Positions 24,737 through 37,290 of a stretch of DNA of 64,000 nucleotides are shown in pieces. The notes under the pieces are model-generated. The model was given only the letters and a program-made list of their open reading frames with translations, was not told where the DNA came from and ran no database searches. A program made the translations under genes and the position numbers. Every line of letters begins with the position of its first letter. Position 1 is the first letter of the stretch. The stretch spans positions 123,258,001 through 123,322,000 of the forward strand of contig CM059431.1 in assembly GCA_030390025.1 (NCBI GenBank). The letters run 5' to 3'. The DNA is from Squalus acanthias (taxonomy: Eukaryota).

Positions 24737-26580
24737 ATGAGTGCAGAAAGGCAGAGGGCTGCACCTAGGTTCAGCGATGACTCCCTCCATGTTCTTGTGG
24801 CGGGAGTCAGAGGACGCAGGGAGGTTCTCTTCCCTATGGATGGCAGCAAGAGACTGCCCCAGCAGACGAAGGCAGCATGGCTGCAGATTGCTAAGGAGGT
24901 GACGGCCAGGTCAGTGGTAGTTCGGACCTGGGTGCAGTGCCACAAAAGGTTTAATTATCTTATATGATCAGGAAAAGTGAGTATAAAACCACAATTACCT
25001 TCATGCTGCTGTGCCTGTCATCACATCCCCATCACTCTGCATTGCCAACCCTACTCCTGCACATCCTTACTCACCCCAACATCCCTTGCACCTTCTCCCA
25101 TCACTTTCTCTCTATCTACCGTATCACATCCCCATCTTACTTTGCACCCTCACATTAACCCTCATCCTAATGCAATGACACCAACTAACAACACAAAAGG
25201 AGGCAACTTGGTATTGGCATCCCACTCCATCATAGTCTCCCTCTAAACATCTATCGCATCCATTCTTTACACTCATTCCATCACTCTCACTCAAACTTCT
25301 CTTCTTTCCCTCATTGCAAGAAAAGAGAGCCCACAATAAGAGGGAGAGGGAGTATGGGAGGAGGCCCTCAATCCATGTCAGTTTTGACCAATGCATTGGA
25401 ATTAACCAGAGTGGTGGACCAGCCGGAGGTGGGGGACGGAGAGAGGGGCTCATTAGAACAACCTGGTGACAGAATTATTTTCCAGACATCTAAATTGCAT
25501 TCATGAGTGACTCATATGGGGTCTGATGTCAAAAGTATTTGTATGCTCGTCATGTGCATAATGGGATGTGTCAGCAATCGACATATATATCTAACTGATG
25601 TCTTTACTCTCCCACAGGGCCATCAAGAGCCCCCCTCCCCCCCCCGCACACTGTCCAGGAGGAAGACCAGGAGCACTCCTCAGAGAAGCCACGAGCCTCT
25701 GAGGGAGCAGCGTCACCAGACATAAGCTCACCCAGCGCCAGCGCAGATACACACACCTCGGTGCGACCCTCGCGAGATGGAGTTCTGTTGTCACCTGGTG
25801 TCTCACATGTCACAGGTGAGCAAGAGCAGATGGTGGAGACAGGGACAGCAGTGGAGACTCCTCGTCGGAGGGCGCAGGACGCTCCCAGCTCTGCTCAGCT
25901 GCATGCAGACGCTGAGCCTCGGAGGCCATCCAGGAAGAGGGCAATCCTGGAGCTTCAGGAACACGTGCAAGAGGTTCTGAAGGGTTCGCAACCACAGTGA
26001 CTGCGAGTGTGTGGAGAATGGTGGAGTCCATCTCAAATATGAGCACCGCACTGGCAACCTCCATGGAGGACATAAATCGCCAGTCGCATGAGAACATGGT
26101 CACACTTCTAAATAGATGGTCATCTATGGAGGATAGATGGGCATCTATTGAGGAGAGAAACCAGAGGCTCATAGACGTCCTTTGTAGGAGGAATGTCAGT
26201 ATAGACATGGGTCCTCATGGCCCCACTGATTTGCAGCAAGGTGCGCTCCAGCTACTTGCTAGCAGAGAAGTGCGGGTGGCCCATGAGAGGGATGATGGTG
26301 GGGGCTCCTCTCCAAGCGCTCAAACTTCCACGCCCTTGCTAACCCCTCGGTCAGAGGCCCAGAACCTCCCCGGACAGTGATGGCCGAGTCTGCCCCTTCA
26401 CAGCTGCAGGAGGAGCAGACTTTGGCGGGGACTTCACAGGCTCCAAAACCCAGAGGACGACCGCCAAAGGCATCTAAGCAGGTGCAGCAGGGAACTGAGC
26501 AGGCTGCCTCCACCTCTGCTGAAGCCACAGGGGTAGTACCTCATAGAAGCACTCGGAAAAGTAAGATCCCACATAAATAG
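24737..26580 (+). pseudogene. Three-exon Myb/SANT plus coiled-coil gene of H2; exons ~24737-24976, ~25320-25464, 25618-26580
   Basis: Reads MSAERQRAAPRFSDDSLHVLV...W.QIAKEV...RTWVQCHKRFN. Donor GTGAGT at 24977 and acceptor CCACAG at 25617. Several stops and frameshifts. Confidence 0.78.
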
Positions 26581-26629
26581 TCACAAGGGTAGTCACTTGG
26601 GTGATTTTTGAAAAATGATTCTTAATTTA

Positions 26630-27254
26630 GGGCTAAAAATTGAGTAGCGCCCCCACGCCGGAAATTGAGTGGTTGCACCCCAAGAGGGAAGCGGGGCGCT
26701 ACTGGAAGTGCACTGCATCCCTCTTGGGGTGCTGCGAGTCAATATCGCAGTGCTACGTGCCACTGCAGCACCATGCACTGCAGTACATCGCGCCGTGGTA
26801 TTGCAGGCCTTCCTCCCCTTTTAAAGGGGAGGGGCCTTACGCAGCGCGACCCGGGGCCCAGCTGGGCCCCCGGGGATCGGGAGTGCCAGCAAAATAGCCC
26901 GGCACTCAAGAGAAGTGCCAAGCTCTTGGAGCGCAGCCGGCACTCTGCGGGGGGACATTCAGGAGGCCGGAGATGGGAGCGCAGGTAAGCCCCCCTGACC
27001 CTGTTGGACATAGCGTCCGGCGATAAGTCAGGGGGCGCTCCCGAAGATCGTGGCTGGGGTGCGAGCAGGGCGCTTCGCACAACGATGATGTCATCGCCTG
27101 CGGCGCAATGCCGCAGGGCGCTAACGGTTAGCACCGCCGCTAACCTCCCGCTGAATTTCGCAGGAGGCGTGATGGCGCCGCGCCCGGACGCGAGTTGCTT
27201 TGTGCCCCATTAGCGCCCTTTTAGGGAGGCGCAAAGCAACCCAATTTTTCCTCC
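26630..27254. mobile_element. Harbinger-type MITE nested between the two genes of H2
   Basis: Ends GGGCTAAAAATTG / CAATTTTTCCTCC; TSD TTA; GC-rich with GGCGCTA motifs. Confidence 0.78.
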
Positions 27255-27399
27255 TTAATGTTTTAATTTTTGTAATAAACCATTTGTTTCGGAAAGTTTG
27301 AATTCGTTGCCAAATGTGTGCTCACAATTGGAAGTGGCAGAGTGAAGGGTCAGGGCTCCTTTTATGTCCAGCAATGGTGGTGACAGTGAAAAGAATGCA

Positions 27400-28520
27400 C
27401 TGGTCATTGTATCTCCTCCTCCTCCTCCTCTGAAAAGGCTGTGCGCTCAGCATCTTGTTCCTCATGCAGCGCTAATCCTCGCTACAGTACTATGTTGTGC
27501 AGGGCGCAGCAGACAACAACGATTCTTGAGACCCTGGCTGGTGCATACTGAAGGGCTCCTCCAGATCTGTCCAGGCATCTGAAGCACATTTTGAGCAACC
27601 CTATTGTCTGCTATATGACACATCTGGCGGAGATGTGGCTTTGATTATAATGTTCCTCAGCCTCGTTTGTTGGCCTCCTCAAAGGTGTCATGAGCCACGT
27701 CTTCAGGGGATAGCCCTTGTCTCCAAGGAGCCAGGCGGAAAGTCTGTTTGGCGGTGCAAAGAGCTAAGGGACAGTGGACTACCGCAGGATGTAAGATTCA
27801 TGGCAGCTGCCAGGGAATTTGGTGCACACATGTATGGTGCTCTTCCTATGGTCGCAGACCAGCTGCACATTGAGGGAGTGGAAGCCCTTGCGGTTGACAA
27901 AGACTCCTGGGCTCTGATGGGCTGCCCTGATGGCCACATGTGTGCAGTCGATGACGCCCTACAACCGTGAGAAGCAAGCCAGAGTGGCAAAGGCCAGCGC
28001 CCGCTCAGTAACTACTGGCTTCATCAGTGGCAAAGTGGATATAATTGGCGTACTTGTCAAAGAGGGCATCGGTGACCTGCGTAATGCATCTATGGAGGCC
28101 GACTGGGAGATGCCGCTACTGTCTGCTGCAGATCCCTGGAAGGAGCCTGAGGTGAAGAAGTTGAGGGCGGTGGTGACTTTGACAGCCATTGGTAACGGGT
28201 GTACACCCGCTTCTCTGGGCTGCAGGTCTTGCTCAAGCAATGTGCAAATGTCTGCGACGACCTGGCACGATTGCCTGAGCCTCCTTTGGCACTGCTGCTC
28301 ATTCATGTTGAGGAAGCTCATCCTCTGCCTGTTGGGAGTATCGCGTCCGGTGTGTTGCAGCCCTGCACTGATGCCCTCTGCCCTATGCAGCATCAGGTGG
28401 TTGAGGAGAAGGTTGGCACTCTTGGTGTTGGTGCTGCTTGTATGCCTGGTTCTGCTGCTGTTGCGGCTGATCTTGGTCAGATTCTGAGGACCAAGGTGAG
28501 AGAGTATAAATCGTGCCCAT
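27400..28520 (-). pseudogene. HARBI1-like transposase of H2 (disrupted)
   Basis: Reads [14 protein letters not shown]...[21 protein letters not shown], followed by frameshifted DDE motifs and an E-rich tail at 27411-27430. Q-rich N-terminus from ATG 28520. Probable 5'-UTR intron 28797-28637. Confidence 0.82.
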
Positions 28521-29200
28521 TCTGATGTCATATATGTCAGGTGAGGTTGAGATGATAGAAGCAATCTGTCAATGGGGAGAAAGGTTATTCCAAGTAGGTG
28601 ACAGTGGATAGAGAGTTTACTCCACACAATTCCAACCTGCATAAAGATCAAATGCGTTTTCCAAATCCTGAAACCCTGAAATCCGCAGCTTCTGAGATTG
28701 GAAAGTGAACAGCCATGAAATGGTAGCTTTTATACTATATTTGCAGCTGTCAACTATTCCAAAGAATGGATAGTCATTGAACTCTCAACCTACTTACCTG
28801 ACGTGATCTCCAAATGCCGTTAACCTCGTGAAAAAGGTGTAAAAATAGTAAGTACCTGGTAAAATAGTGTTTAACAACCTTTTAAATTGCTTTTAATGAG
28901 CTTAATTGCCTGTCCCGCCGCTTGGGGTCGGGTCTGTTCATCGCTCGACAAACCCGACACTTGGGATACTCACGTGGAGGCGGGTTGACAGTGGGCTCCC
29001 GACCTGCTGTCAATCATTTCGAATTTGACAGCTGACGCGCCTCCGATCACGTCCTCTGAGCGCCGGCAAAATTCTGGCCATTGATTATGAGAAAAGAAAT
29101 TGGATGGACATCTTACAGGCAAACTCCTCCAGTTATGTCATAGGACATTCAGGTACCTTTATGGCATTCTGCCTCCAAGAAATTTGTCAAAGTAGTGGGA

Positions 29201-29592
29201 GTCTAGCTCAGTTGGTAGCACCCTTGCCTCTGAGATAGAAGGTTGTGGATTCAAGCCCTGCGCCAGGCCTTGAGCCCATAATTTAGATTGATACTTCAAA
29301 GTGGTACTTAGGGAGTGCTGCATAATCAAATGTGCTGTCTTTTGAATGAGATGTTGAACTAGGTCCCCTCTTCAGCTGGATATAAAAGACCAGTGAGTTC
29401 TTCAGTTGTCTTGATCAGCATTTCTTCCCTGGTCGTTCATCTCATTTGCTATTTGTGGGACGTTGCACTGTACAAATTGGCTGCTACTTTTGCCAACATA
29501 ACAAAATGACTGCACTTCAAAAGTAACTTACTACCTGTGAGTGCTTTCGACATCTTGAGGATGTGCTACATAAATCCAAGTTCTTTCTTTCT
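29201..29592 (+). mobile_element. SacSINE1-like DeuSINE, degenerate
   Basis: Box A TAGCTCAGTTGG and box B-like GATTCAAGCC; colinear with 13521-13976. Confidence 0.72.
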
Positions 29593-29710
29593 TATTGCAG
29601 TATCAGTTATTACAGAGCGCATGGTATGCCCAGCACATTCTCTTGATTCTTGCTAAAGGCAGAACACGCAATTGTGCCAGACAATGCATACATATTCAAA
29701 CTAATATATT

Positions 29711-30462
29711 GGCCCAGAAATTAGGCTCCCTGGCTTCCCACGGGTGCAATGATCGCGCGCGCACCTACCTACCGCGCCTGCCATTGACCTCTGGGCCCAC
29801 GGGGACTTCAGCTCCTGGGCCTCCTGCAGCTGCCGGCGCGCAGTGCTTGTGTAACCCAAGGGCGTAGTTAGTGCAATGCTGTCAATCATTTCGAATTTGA
29901 CAGCTGACGCGCCTCCGATCACGTCCTCTGAGCGCCGGCAAAATTCCGGCCATTGATTATGAGAAAACAAATTGGATGGACATCTTACAGGCAAACTCCT
30001 CTAGTTATGTCATAGGACATAGGACATAGGAAGACCTGTCAAATCTATGAATTGAAATCGGCCCCAAAACAACACCTAAACTTCAAATAATTTTTAAAAT
30101 AACTGTAAGTTAAATAAATTAACTACTTTAAACAAAAATTTACATTTTTGAAAAAATTAAAATACTTTTTAACAGTGCTAAAAATAAACTTCTTAACGGG
30201 TAAACGGGTCTTGCGCCTCCTTTTTAAAAGCGCAGCTTCTTCCATACTTACCTTCCCGGAGAAACCTGAAAAAAAGCTGAAGTTCGCTGCGTGCGCGCAG
30301 CCTCTCCCGCGCACACGGTTCACCTCTGAACCACTCCCTTCATGAAACCGGAAGTTCCGGTTTCCCGCACATGCGCAGTGCATGCAGGAAACCGACACTT
30401 CAGGTGGCCTTACGGGTGAGTACACAACGCGTACTCACCTGGCAAGTGCCTAATTTCTGGCC
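29711..30462. mobile_element. GGCCCAGAAATT-family MITE (copy A) carrying a captured 144-bp segment
   Basis: TIRs GGCCCAGAAATT / AATTTCTGGCC; TSD ATT; AT-rich core and right arm related to copies B and C. Confidence 0.85.
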
Positions 30463-31119
30463 ATTGAGTTATTTACAGGTACAATAATTATATCGAAGCA
30501 GTAAGACACAGCAAACTTCTGAACTTTCAACACTTAAAAACAATGGCCCAGATTGTCCTGGGACTTGCATCATTATAATGGCACATCTACAGTGTATGGA
30601 CCCTTGAATGGCACAAAAGAAAGGCAATTATGGAGTAAGTGACTTACGCCATTAATTATGCCACTCCATATTTTCCTCAGACTTTTGCATCACTCTGCCA
30701 TTACTCTTGTCGAAAACAGTTGGCAGGTAATTATCATAGCTTTGTCCCCATTGAAATACAGGGCGATTGCGATTTTCCTGCATATATGCCAGCTTTAAAT
30801 GCCACTGAGACATAAAAATAATGATGCTGGCGACCTCGTAACAGCCTGATTTATTGACTTTATAATGCATTCACTTATTGCTTCTAAATGAAGGACTAGG
30901 TGTGTTTCATAATCGGGACTTGTTATTACCGACCAGTTACAGGATGTATTTTGCAACCCCCAGGCAGCCCTAACCTCTGCCTTCATTAATAATTCAAAGT
31001 CTTGGTTTATTAATGAGAAAGTTGTTCCCAGCAACAGAGCATATCTCAATTACAGGTAAGGCTCATTTCCTCCTATCCTGTGCCTCCTCCATACCTAGGA
31101 GTAGAATTTATTGTAGGCC

Positions 31120-31530
31120 ACCTTTTCAACCTGTCTGCAGCCTTTGACATGGTTGATTACACCATCCTTCTCCAACACGCCTGCTCCATTGTCCAGCTGG
31201 GTGGGACTGCCCTCGCCTGGTTCCATTCCTCGCTATCCAGTCCTAGCCAGAGAACCTCCTACAATGGCTTCATTTCCCTCTCCTGTACCGTTACCTCTGG
31301 AGAACCCCTCAAGGATCTAACCTTGGCCCCCCCACCTGCTGACCCTTGGCGACATCATCCGAAAACAAAATGTCAGGTTTCATATGTGCACTGACAACAC
31401 CCAGCTCTACTTCACTACTACCTTTCTCGACCACATCACTGCCTTTGATGTGTCACGCTGCTTGTCTGACATCCAGTATTGGATGAGCAGAAATTTCCTC
31501 CAACTAAATATTGGGAAGACCAAAGTCATT
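31120..31530 (+). mobile_element. L2 RT fragment
   Basis: Reads LSAAFDMVDYTILL...TQLY...WMSRNFLQLNIGKTKVI. Confidence 0.8.
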
Positions 31531-31810
31531 GGGAGGAATTTTAACCTAAAAATAGGGCTGGGTTTGGAGTGTGTGAGTAGTTAAATTGTTAAAAAGCGGA
31601 TTCCCGACCTGAACCCGCCACCAACCTGCCCACTTCGGGTTTTAGAAGAGGCAGGATGGAAGCAGGATGGGGGCGGGCGGCCAACCCATTCCCAGGAGGC
31701 AGGACATCAATGTAAATATTATATTGAGGCTGGAAGCCTCTTTTTAACATCCATTTTGTGTTTAACTGTATGTAGATGGGTTTTACACACTTCGTAAAAC
31801 CCGGCAATTA
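31531..31810. mobile_element. Left part of a Harbinger-type MITE, related to 44284-44865
   Basis: Starts ATT|GGGAGGAATTTT; right end is lost at the L2 tail. Confidence 0.55.
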
Positions 31811-34800
31811 CAGCAACAACAACAACTTGTATTTATATAGCGCCTTTAACACAGTAAAACGTCCCAAGGCACTTCACAGGAGTATTATAAGACAAAACAT
31901 TGACACCAAGCCACATAAGAAATTAGGGTAGATGACCAAAAACTTGGTCAAACAGGTAGGTTTTAAGGAGCGTCTTAAAGGAGGAAAGCAAGGTAGAGAG
32001 GCAGACAGGTTTAGGGAGGGAATTCCAGAGCTTAGGACCAAGGCAGCTGAAGGCAAAGCCACCGATGGTTGAACGATTATGATCAGGGATGCACAAGAGG
32101 GGAGAATTTGAGGAGCGCAGATATCTCGGGGGGGTTGTGGGGCTGAAGGAGATTACAGACATAGTGAGGGGAAAGGCCATGGAGGGATTTGAAAACAAGA
32201 ATGAGAATTTTTGAAATCAAGGTGTTGCTTAACCGGGAGCCAATGTAGGTCAGCGAGCACAGGGGTGATGGGTGAATGGGACTTGGTGCGAGTTAGGACA
32301 CGGGCAGCCGAGTTTTGGCTGACCTCAAGTTTACGTAGGGTAGAATGTGGGAGGCCAGCCACGAGTGCGTTGGAATAATCAAGTCTAGAGATAACAAAGC
32401 CATGGATGAGGGTTTCAGCAGCAGATAAGCTGAGGTAGGGGCGGAGACAGGCAATGTTACGGAGGTGTAAATAGGCGATCCTAGTTATGCCACGGATTTG
32501 TGGTCGGAAGCTCAGTTCAGGGTCAAATATGACACCAAGGTTGTGAACAGTCTGGTTCAGCCTCAGACAAATGCTAGGGAGAGGGATGGAGTCGGTGGCT
32601 GGGGAACGGAAACATTGGCCCAGAAATTGCAGTGTGAGGGTTCGTGCGAGGGTAAGCCCTTCCCGCGATGTCTCACTGCGCGTTGGCTTTTTCAGTCCCA
32701 GCTCGCTGGAACTTCATGTTCCAGCCATCAGCTGCGAGTGCATCGTGATCCCACAGTGCGAAGTTAGTTCGAGCGTACTGTGGGATCACGTGACTGAGTT
32801 ACAGCCAATGGCAGCACACCAAGCTCTCATTCATAGAATTCACAGCGGCCATTGAACTGCTGTGAAAACTAGGAATACAACAAGCCCCCAAAAGAAGAGC
32901 TAAACCTCCATTAAATTAAAAAAAAAACCCATCACATAATTAAAATAAGTGTAATTAAATAAATTAACCTTTTTAAACAAAAAAATAAATTTTTGAAAAA
33001 ATTTTAAATCTTTTAAAATGTTATAAAAATAAACTTACCTGTCTTTAAAGTCGCTACTAAAGATTTACCTGTAAAAAAAAATTCTAAATACTACTTAATT
33101 ATGTACTTACCTGGTTAAAAGAGTCTCCTGCGCTTCCTTTTTTCTTTTCCAGATTCTTCAATACTTACCTGCGTGCGCAAGCGATGAAGTGCACTGCGTG
33201 CGCGCAGCCTGTAGCGCGCACGCGGTGCACTGAGGACCCGCCCCCTTTTCGAAAGATCAATTGCCGGTTTTCAGTGCATGCGCAGTGCATGCTGAAAACC
33301 GGCAATTGAAGTCTGGCTGCGTGAGTGTACACTGTGCGTACTCTCGCGCAGCCGGATCAATTTCTGGGCCAATGGCTTCGGTCTTCCCAATATTTAACTG
33401 GAGAAAATTTCTGCTCATCCAGTACTGGATGTCGAACAAGCAGTGTGTCAATTTAGAGATCGTGAAGGGATCGAGAGAAGTGGTGCTGAGATAGAGCTGG
33501 GTATCGTTAGCATACATGTGGAAACTGACGCTGTGTTTTCGGATGATGTCGCCAAGGAGCAGCATATAGATGAGAAATAGGAGGGGACCAAGGATCGATC
33601 CTTGGGGGACCCCAGAGGTAACAATGTGGTAGTGGGAAGAGAAGCCATTGCAAGTGATTTTCTGGCTACGATTAGATAGATAAGAATGGAACCAGGCGAG
33701 TGCAGTCCCACCCAGCTGGACGATGGTGGAGAAGCATTGGAGGAGGATGGAGTGGTCAACCATGTCAAAGGCTGCAGACAGGTCGAGAAGAACGAGGAGG
33801 GATAGTTTACCTTTGTCACAGTCACAAAGGATGTCATTTGTGATTTTGATGAGAGCCATTTCGGTACTGTGGCAGGGGCAGAAACTGGATTGGAGGGATT
33901 GAAACATGGAGTTGCGGGAAAGATGGGCACAGATTTGGGAGGCGACAACACATTCAAGGACTTTGGAGAGGAAATGGAGCTTGGAGATGGGGCAGTAGTT
34001 TGCAAGGACGGAGGGGTCAAGGGATGTTTTTTTGAGGAGAGGGGTGATGACGACAGATTTGAAGGAGAGGGGGACAGTACCTGAGGAGAGAGAATCATTA
34101 ACAATGTCAGCTAACATGGGAGCCAGAAAAGGAAGTTGGGTGGTCAGCAGTTTAGTGAGAATAGTGCCGTGGGAGCAGAAAGCAGGGTCTCATGGACAGG
34201 ATGAGCGTGGAGAGGTCAAGAGGGGAGATTGGAGAGAAACTGGAGAAAGATGCGAGTTCAGGACTAGGGCAGAGGTGAACCTTAGAGGAAGTTTGGCCTG
34301 GTGGGCTAGGGGAAGGAAGGGAAGTGGCAGAGGCAGCTGATCGGATGGTCTCAATCTTAGAGACAAAGACGTCCATGAGCTCGTCGCACTTGTTGTTGGA
34401 GGTGAGTGTGGAGGAGACAGGGGAGAGGAGCTTAAGAAGATGGTTAGCAGTAGAAAATAGTAGCCGGGGGTTATGTTTGCATTGAAGAATGATCCTGGAA
34501 TAGTGAGCAGTTTTGGCAGACAAGAGTAGGACCCGATAATGCTTTATGTGGTCCAGCCAGATCTGGCAGTGAATGGCTAAACCAGTTGTCCACCATATCC
34601 GTTCAAGTCTACGTTCCTTGGACTTGAGGGAGTGAAGATGTGGGCCGTACTGGGGGAACGGCCAGGGTGAGACAGAGTAATGGTTTTAATAGGGACTAGG
34701 GCATCAAAAGTGGTGGTGAGGGTGTGGTTGAGCAGATCGGTAGCTGCAGAAATGTCGTGGTGAATGGAGGGCCAACGGCTGGACAGTTGGGATTTCATAA

Positions 34801-35680
34801 GTGCAGTTGGAAGGGAGTTGGGTGAGAGTTTTTTCCAGGGGTGGACACAGAAGGAAGTAGGGTTGGGTGGTGGGGGTGGGGGGTGGAAGGGGGACGTGGG
34901 TGGAAAGTGATACAAGGAAGTGGTCAGAGATGGCTTTATCTTCGATTGATACGGTGGGAGTAGCGAGGCCACGAGAGATGGCAAGGTTGAGGGGGTGGCT
35001 GTGAATATGGGTTGGGGAGTTCACATGGAGGGAGAGATTAAGGGAGGATAGGAGGGCAGTGAACTCAGAGGAGAGAGAGCATGATGAATTGAGATGGAGG
35101 TTGAAATCACCGAGGACGAGAAGTCATTCGGTGCAGAGGCTGAGGGAGGAAAGCAGTGAGGATATAATTTTTATGGTACTTGGGCGGGCAGTGGAGAATG
35201 ACAATTTTAAATGAGAGGTGAGAGGGGTGGAACAAGGTGAGATGATCATAGGAGGAGAAAGTGCCAGAGGAGTAGGGGGACAGACCTAGGTGTGATTTGG
35301 TGAGGAGAGCCACACCGCCACCACGGCGGTCTGAGCGGGACAAGTGGTGGAAGGTATAACAAGGCGGGGAGGCTTCATTTAAGTGTAAGGTGTCATCACC
35401 CCTCAGCCAAGTTTCTGTCAGAGCCATGATGTCATGATGTTGATGCAGTCATCCACGATAAGCTTGTGGATGGCAAGGGCCTTGTTCGCAAGTGAACGGA
35501 CATTCTGCAGGGAGATGCGGAGAGGGTCATTGATGGCTCATCCACTGGCAGACTCCACAGTGTCAGCGCTTGGAGGGGTGAGTTGGATGGGGAAGAGATT
35601 GGCAAGATTAGCCCCTGGCAGGCGCATTGGATGGGAAGGTCGGTGAGGGTGTAGGATGGGACAGTTGGGCGGGGACTGCA
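31811..35680 (-). mobile_element. L2 LINE ORF2 (APE + RT) and 3' tail, decayed and split by MITE B
   Basis: Motifs ALTETWL, ISDHF, LLDLSAAFD, GVPQGSILGP, YANDTQLY and LHWLPV; (GTT)n tail at 31812-31826. Confidence 0.92.
32617..33370. mobile_element. GGCCCAGAAATT-family MITE (copy B)
   Basis: Perfect 12-bp TIR; TSD ATT/AAT; interrupts the L2 at GKTEAI; colinear with copy C. Confidence 0.9.
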
Positions 35681-36008
35681 GGATCCAGGAGGTAAGTGCT
35701 TTTATACCTACCCCCTGGATCCAGGGTCCCTGCCTAACCCACCCTCCACAATCGGAGACTCCCCCCACCCCCCACGAGGCCTCCGATCACCCCCCCAGGC
35801 CTCCTCTCCCCCCAACGATGATGCTTGGTGCAGGCCACGGTCTTCCCTTCACCCACTCCCCCCCCACCCCCCCATCAACTGGAGGCCGGTCACGATCCCT
35901 GACCCCAATTCTTTTAGCGGGCCCAGCCCACCGCAAACCCTCCCTCCCTCCTCTGTGCGACCTAGTGCGGCAGGCCTACCTGCCCGCAGCCAGCCAGCCT
36001 CTCAATAT

Positions 36009-36180
36009 AGGGTGATAAATCTTTGGAGTTCACTAGCCCAGAGGGCTGTGGAGGCTCAGTCATTGAGTATATTCAAGATAGAGATGGATAGATTTTTGGA
36101 TATTAAGGGAATCAAGGGATATGGGGATAGTACAGGAAAGTGGAGTTGAGGTAGAAGATCAGCCATGATCTTATTGAATG
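36009..36180 (+). mobile_element. CR1 3' fragment
   Basis: Reads RVINLWSSLAQRAVEA...GIKGYG, followed by 3' UTR GATCAGCCATGATC. Confidence 0.8.
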
Positions 36181-36900
36181 ACTTTCACCTGCAGAACAGA
36201 TGCACTACTGACCCCAGTGAATTTTTCAGGGTCAGGCGAATTTAAATATTTTTTTGGGATGGGTGTGTTTGCAGAAAACCGTTTCTGCTGTACGACCTTG
36301 TCACCTGCAGCTGGTTGAGACAGCCCTCCTCCTCCTCCAGGTCATTGAAAGGCATCTGGGCGGGATAGAAATGGGCAGAGATGGGTCTCTGCTCAATTTT
36401 CTGCTCCTACCCGCCAAGATAACTGGAAAATGGGATTATCTTTAGAAGAAAATCTCACTGGTAACTCTAATCTGACCTGGAATAAAATATGTTTGAGTTG
36501 ATTGCACCAGTTCATCTTTAATGACCTTGCTCAGACCTTAAGAAGCAAAAACAATCGCTTTTTTCCCTTCCTGAAAATCTTTCTGAATCCACTTTTAGAG
36601 AGGTAGGAAACCTCAGATCAACATTAAATATGGACAAGTGGGAGAAATGTAATGAATTTGCTCTCTGGGTGCGGAGTTTTGCTTGCTGGGAGGACGTATT
36701 GGAAATTTGGGTGCAGATCAGCAATTTGCAGACATTTGCCAGTTAATTTTATTATCTAATAGTAATTTCTGTGAGCATTCAGCTCCATTTTATTTTACTA
36801 CTTTTAACTTTTTGTCGTGAAAATGAGCTAAGACAGGGCAGACTCCCATATTTTTCTCTGCATCACTAACTCTACGTATGTACCAAGTTTTGCTGTGAAA

Positions 36901-37290
36901 GGAAGACTTACATTTATATGGTGCCTTTTACGACCTATGGGAACGCGGCAGCCAATTTGCGCACAGCAAGCTCCTACAGAGAGCAATGAAATAAATGATT
37001 CGATCATCTGTTTTAGTTGTTGGTTGACAGATAAATATTGGCCAGGACACCAGGAGTACTCCCTCGTTCTTCTTCGAAATAGTGCTGTGGGATCTTTTAC
37101 ACCCACCTGAGAGGGCAGAAGGGGCCTTGGTTTAACATCTCATCTGAAAGACAGTACCTCCAATAGGACAGCACTCCCCAGCACTACACTGAAGCGTCAG
37201 CTTGGATTATGTGCTCAAGTCTTAACAGAATGGGACTTGAACCCACAACCTTTTGACTCAGAGGCAAGAGTGCTACCACTGAGCCACAGC
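36901..37290 (-). mobile_element. SacSINE1-like DeuSINE
   Basis: Minus strand TGGCTCAGTGGTAGCACTCT...GGTTCAAGTCCC (boxes A/B), then core and tail. Confidence 0.8.

Larger units (their letters stand above)
24457..29079. mobile_element. PIF/Harbinger DNA transposon, second family (element H2)
   Basis: TIRs GGCCGCAATTTTGCC / GGCAAAATTCTGGCC; TSD ATT; Myb gene on plus and transposase on minus. Confidence 0.9.

Noticed and set aside
33161..33172. U1 snRNA gene (ATACTTACCTG)
   Set aside because: The match ends after the 5' motif with no U1 body or Sm site; it is the antisense of a splice donor.
37230..37290. tRNA genes here and at 13521, 21093, 29201, 56232 and 58659
   Set aside because: These heads run into SINE or LINE bodies and have no clean acceptor stem or terminator.
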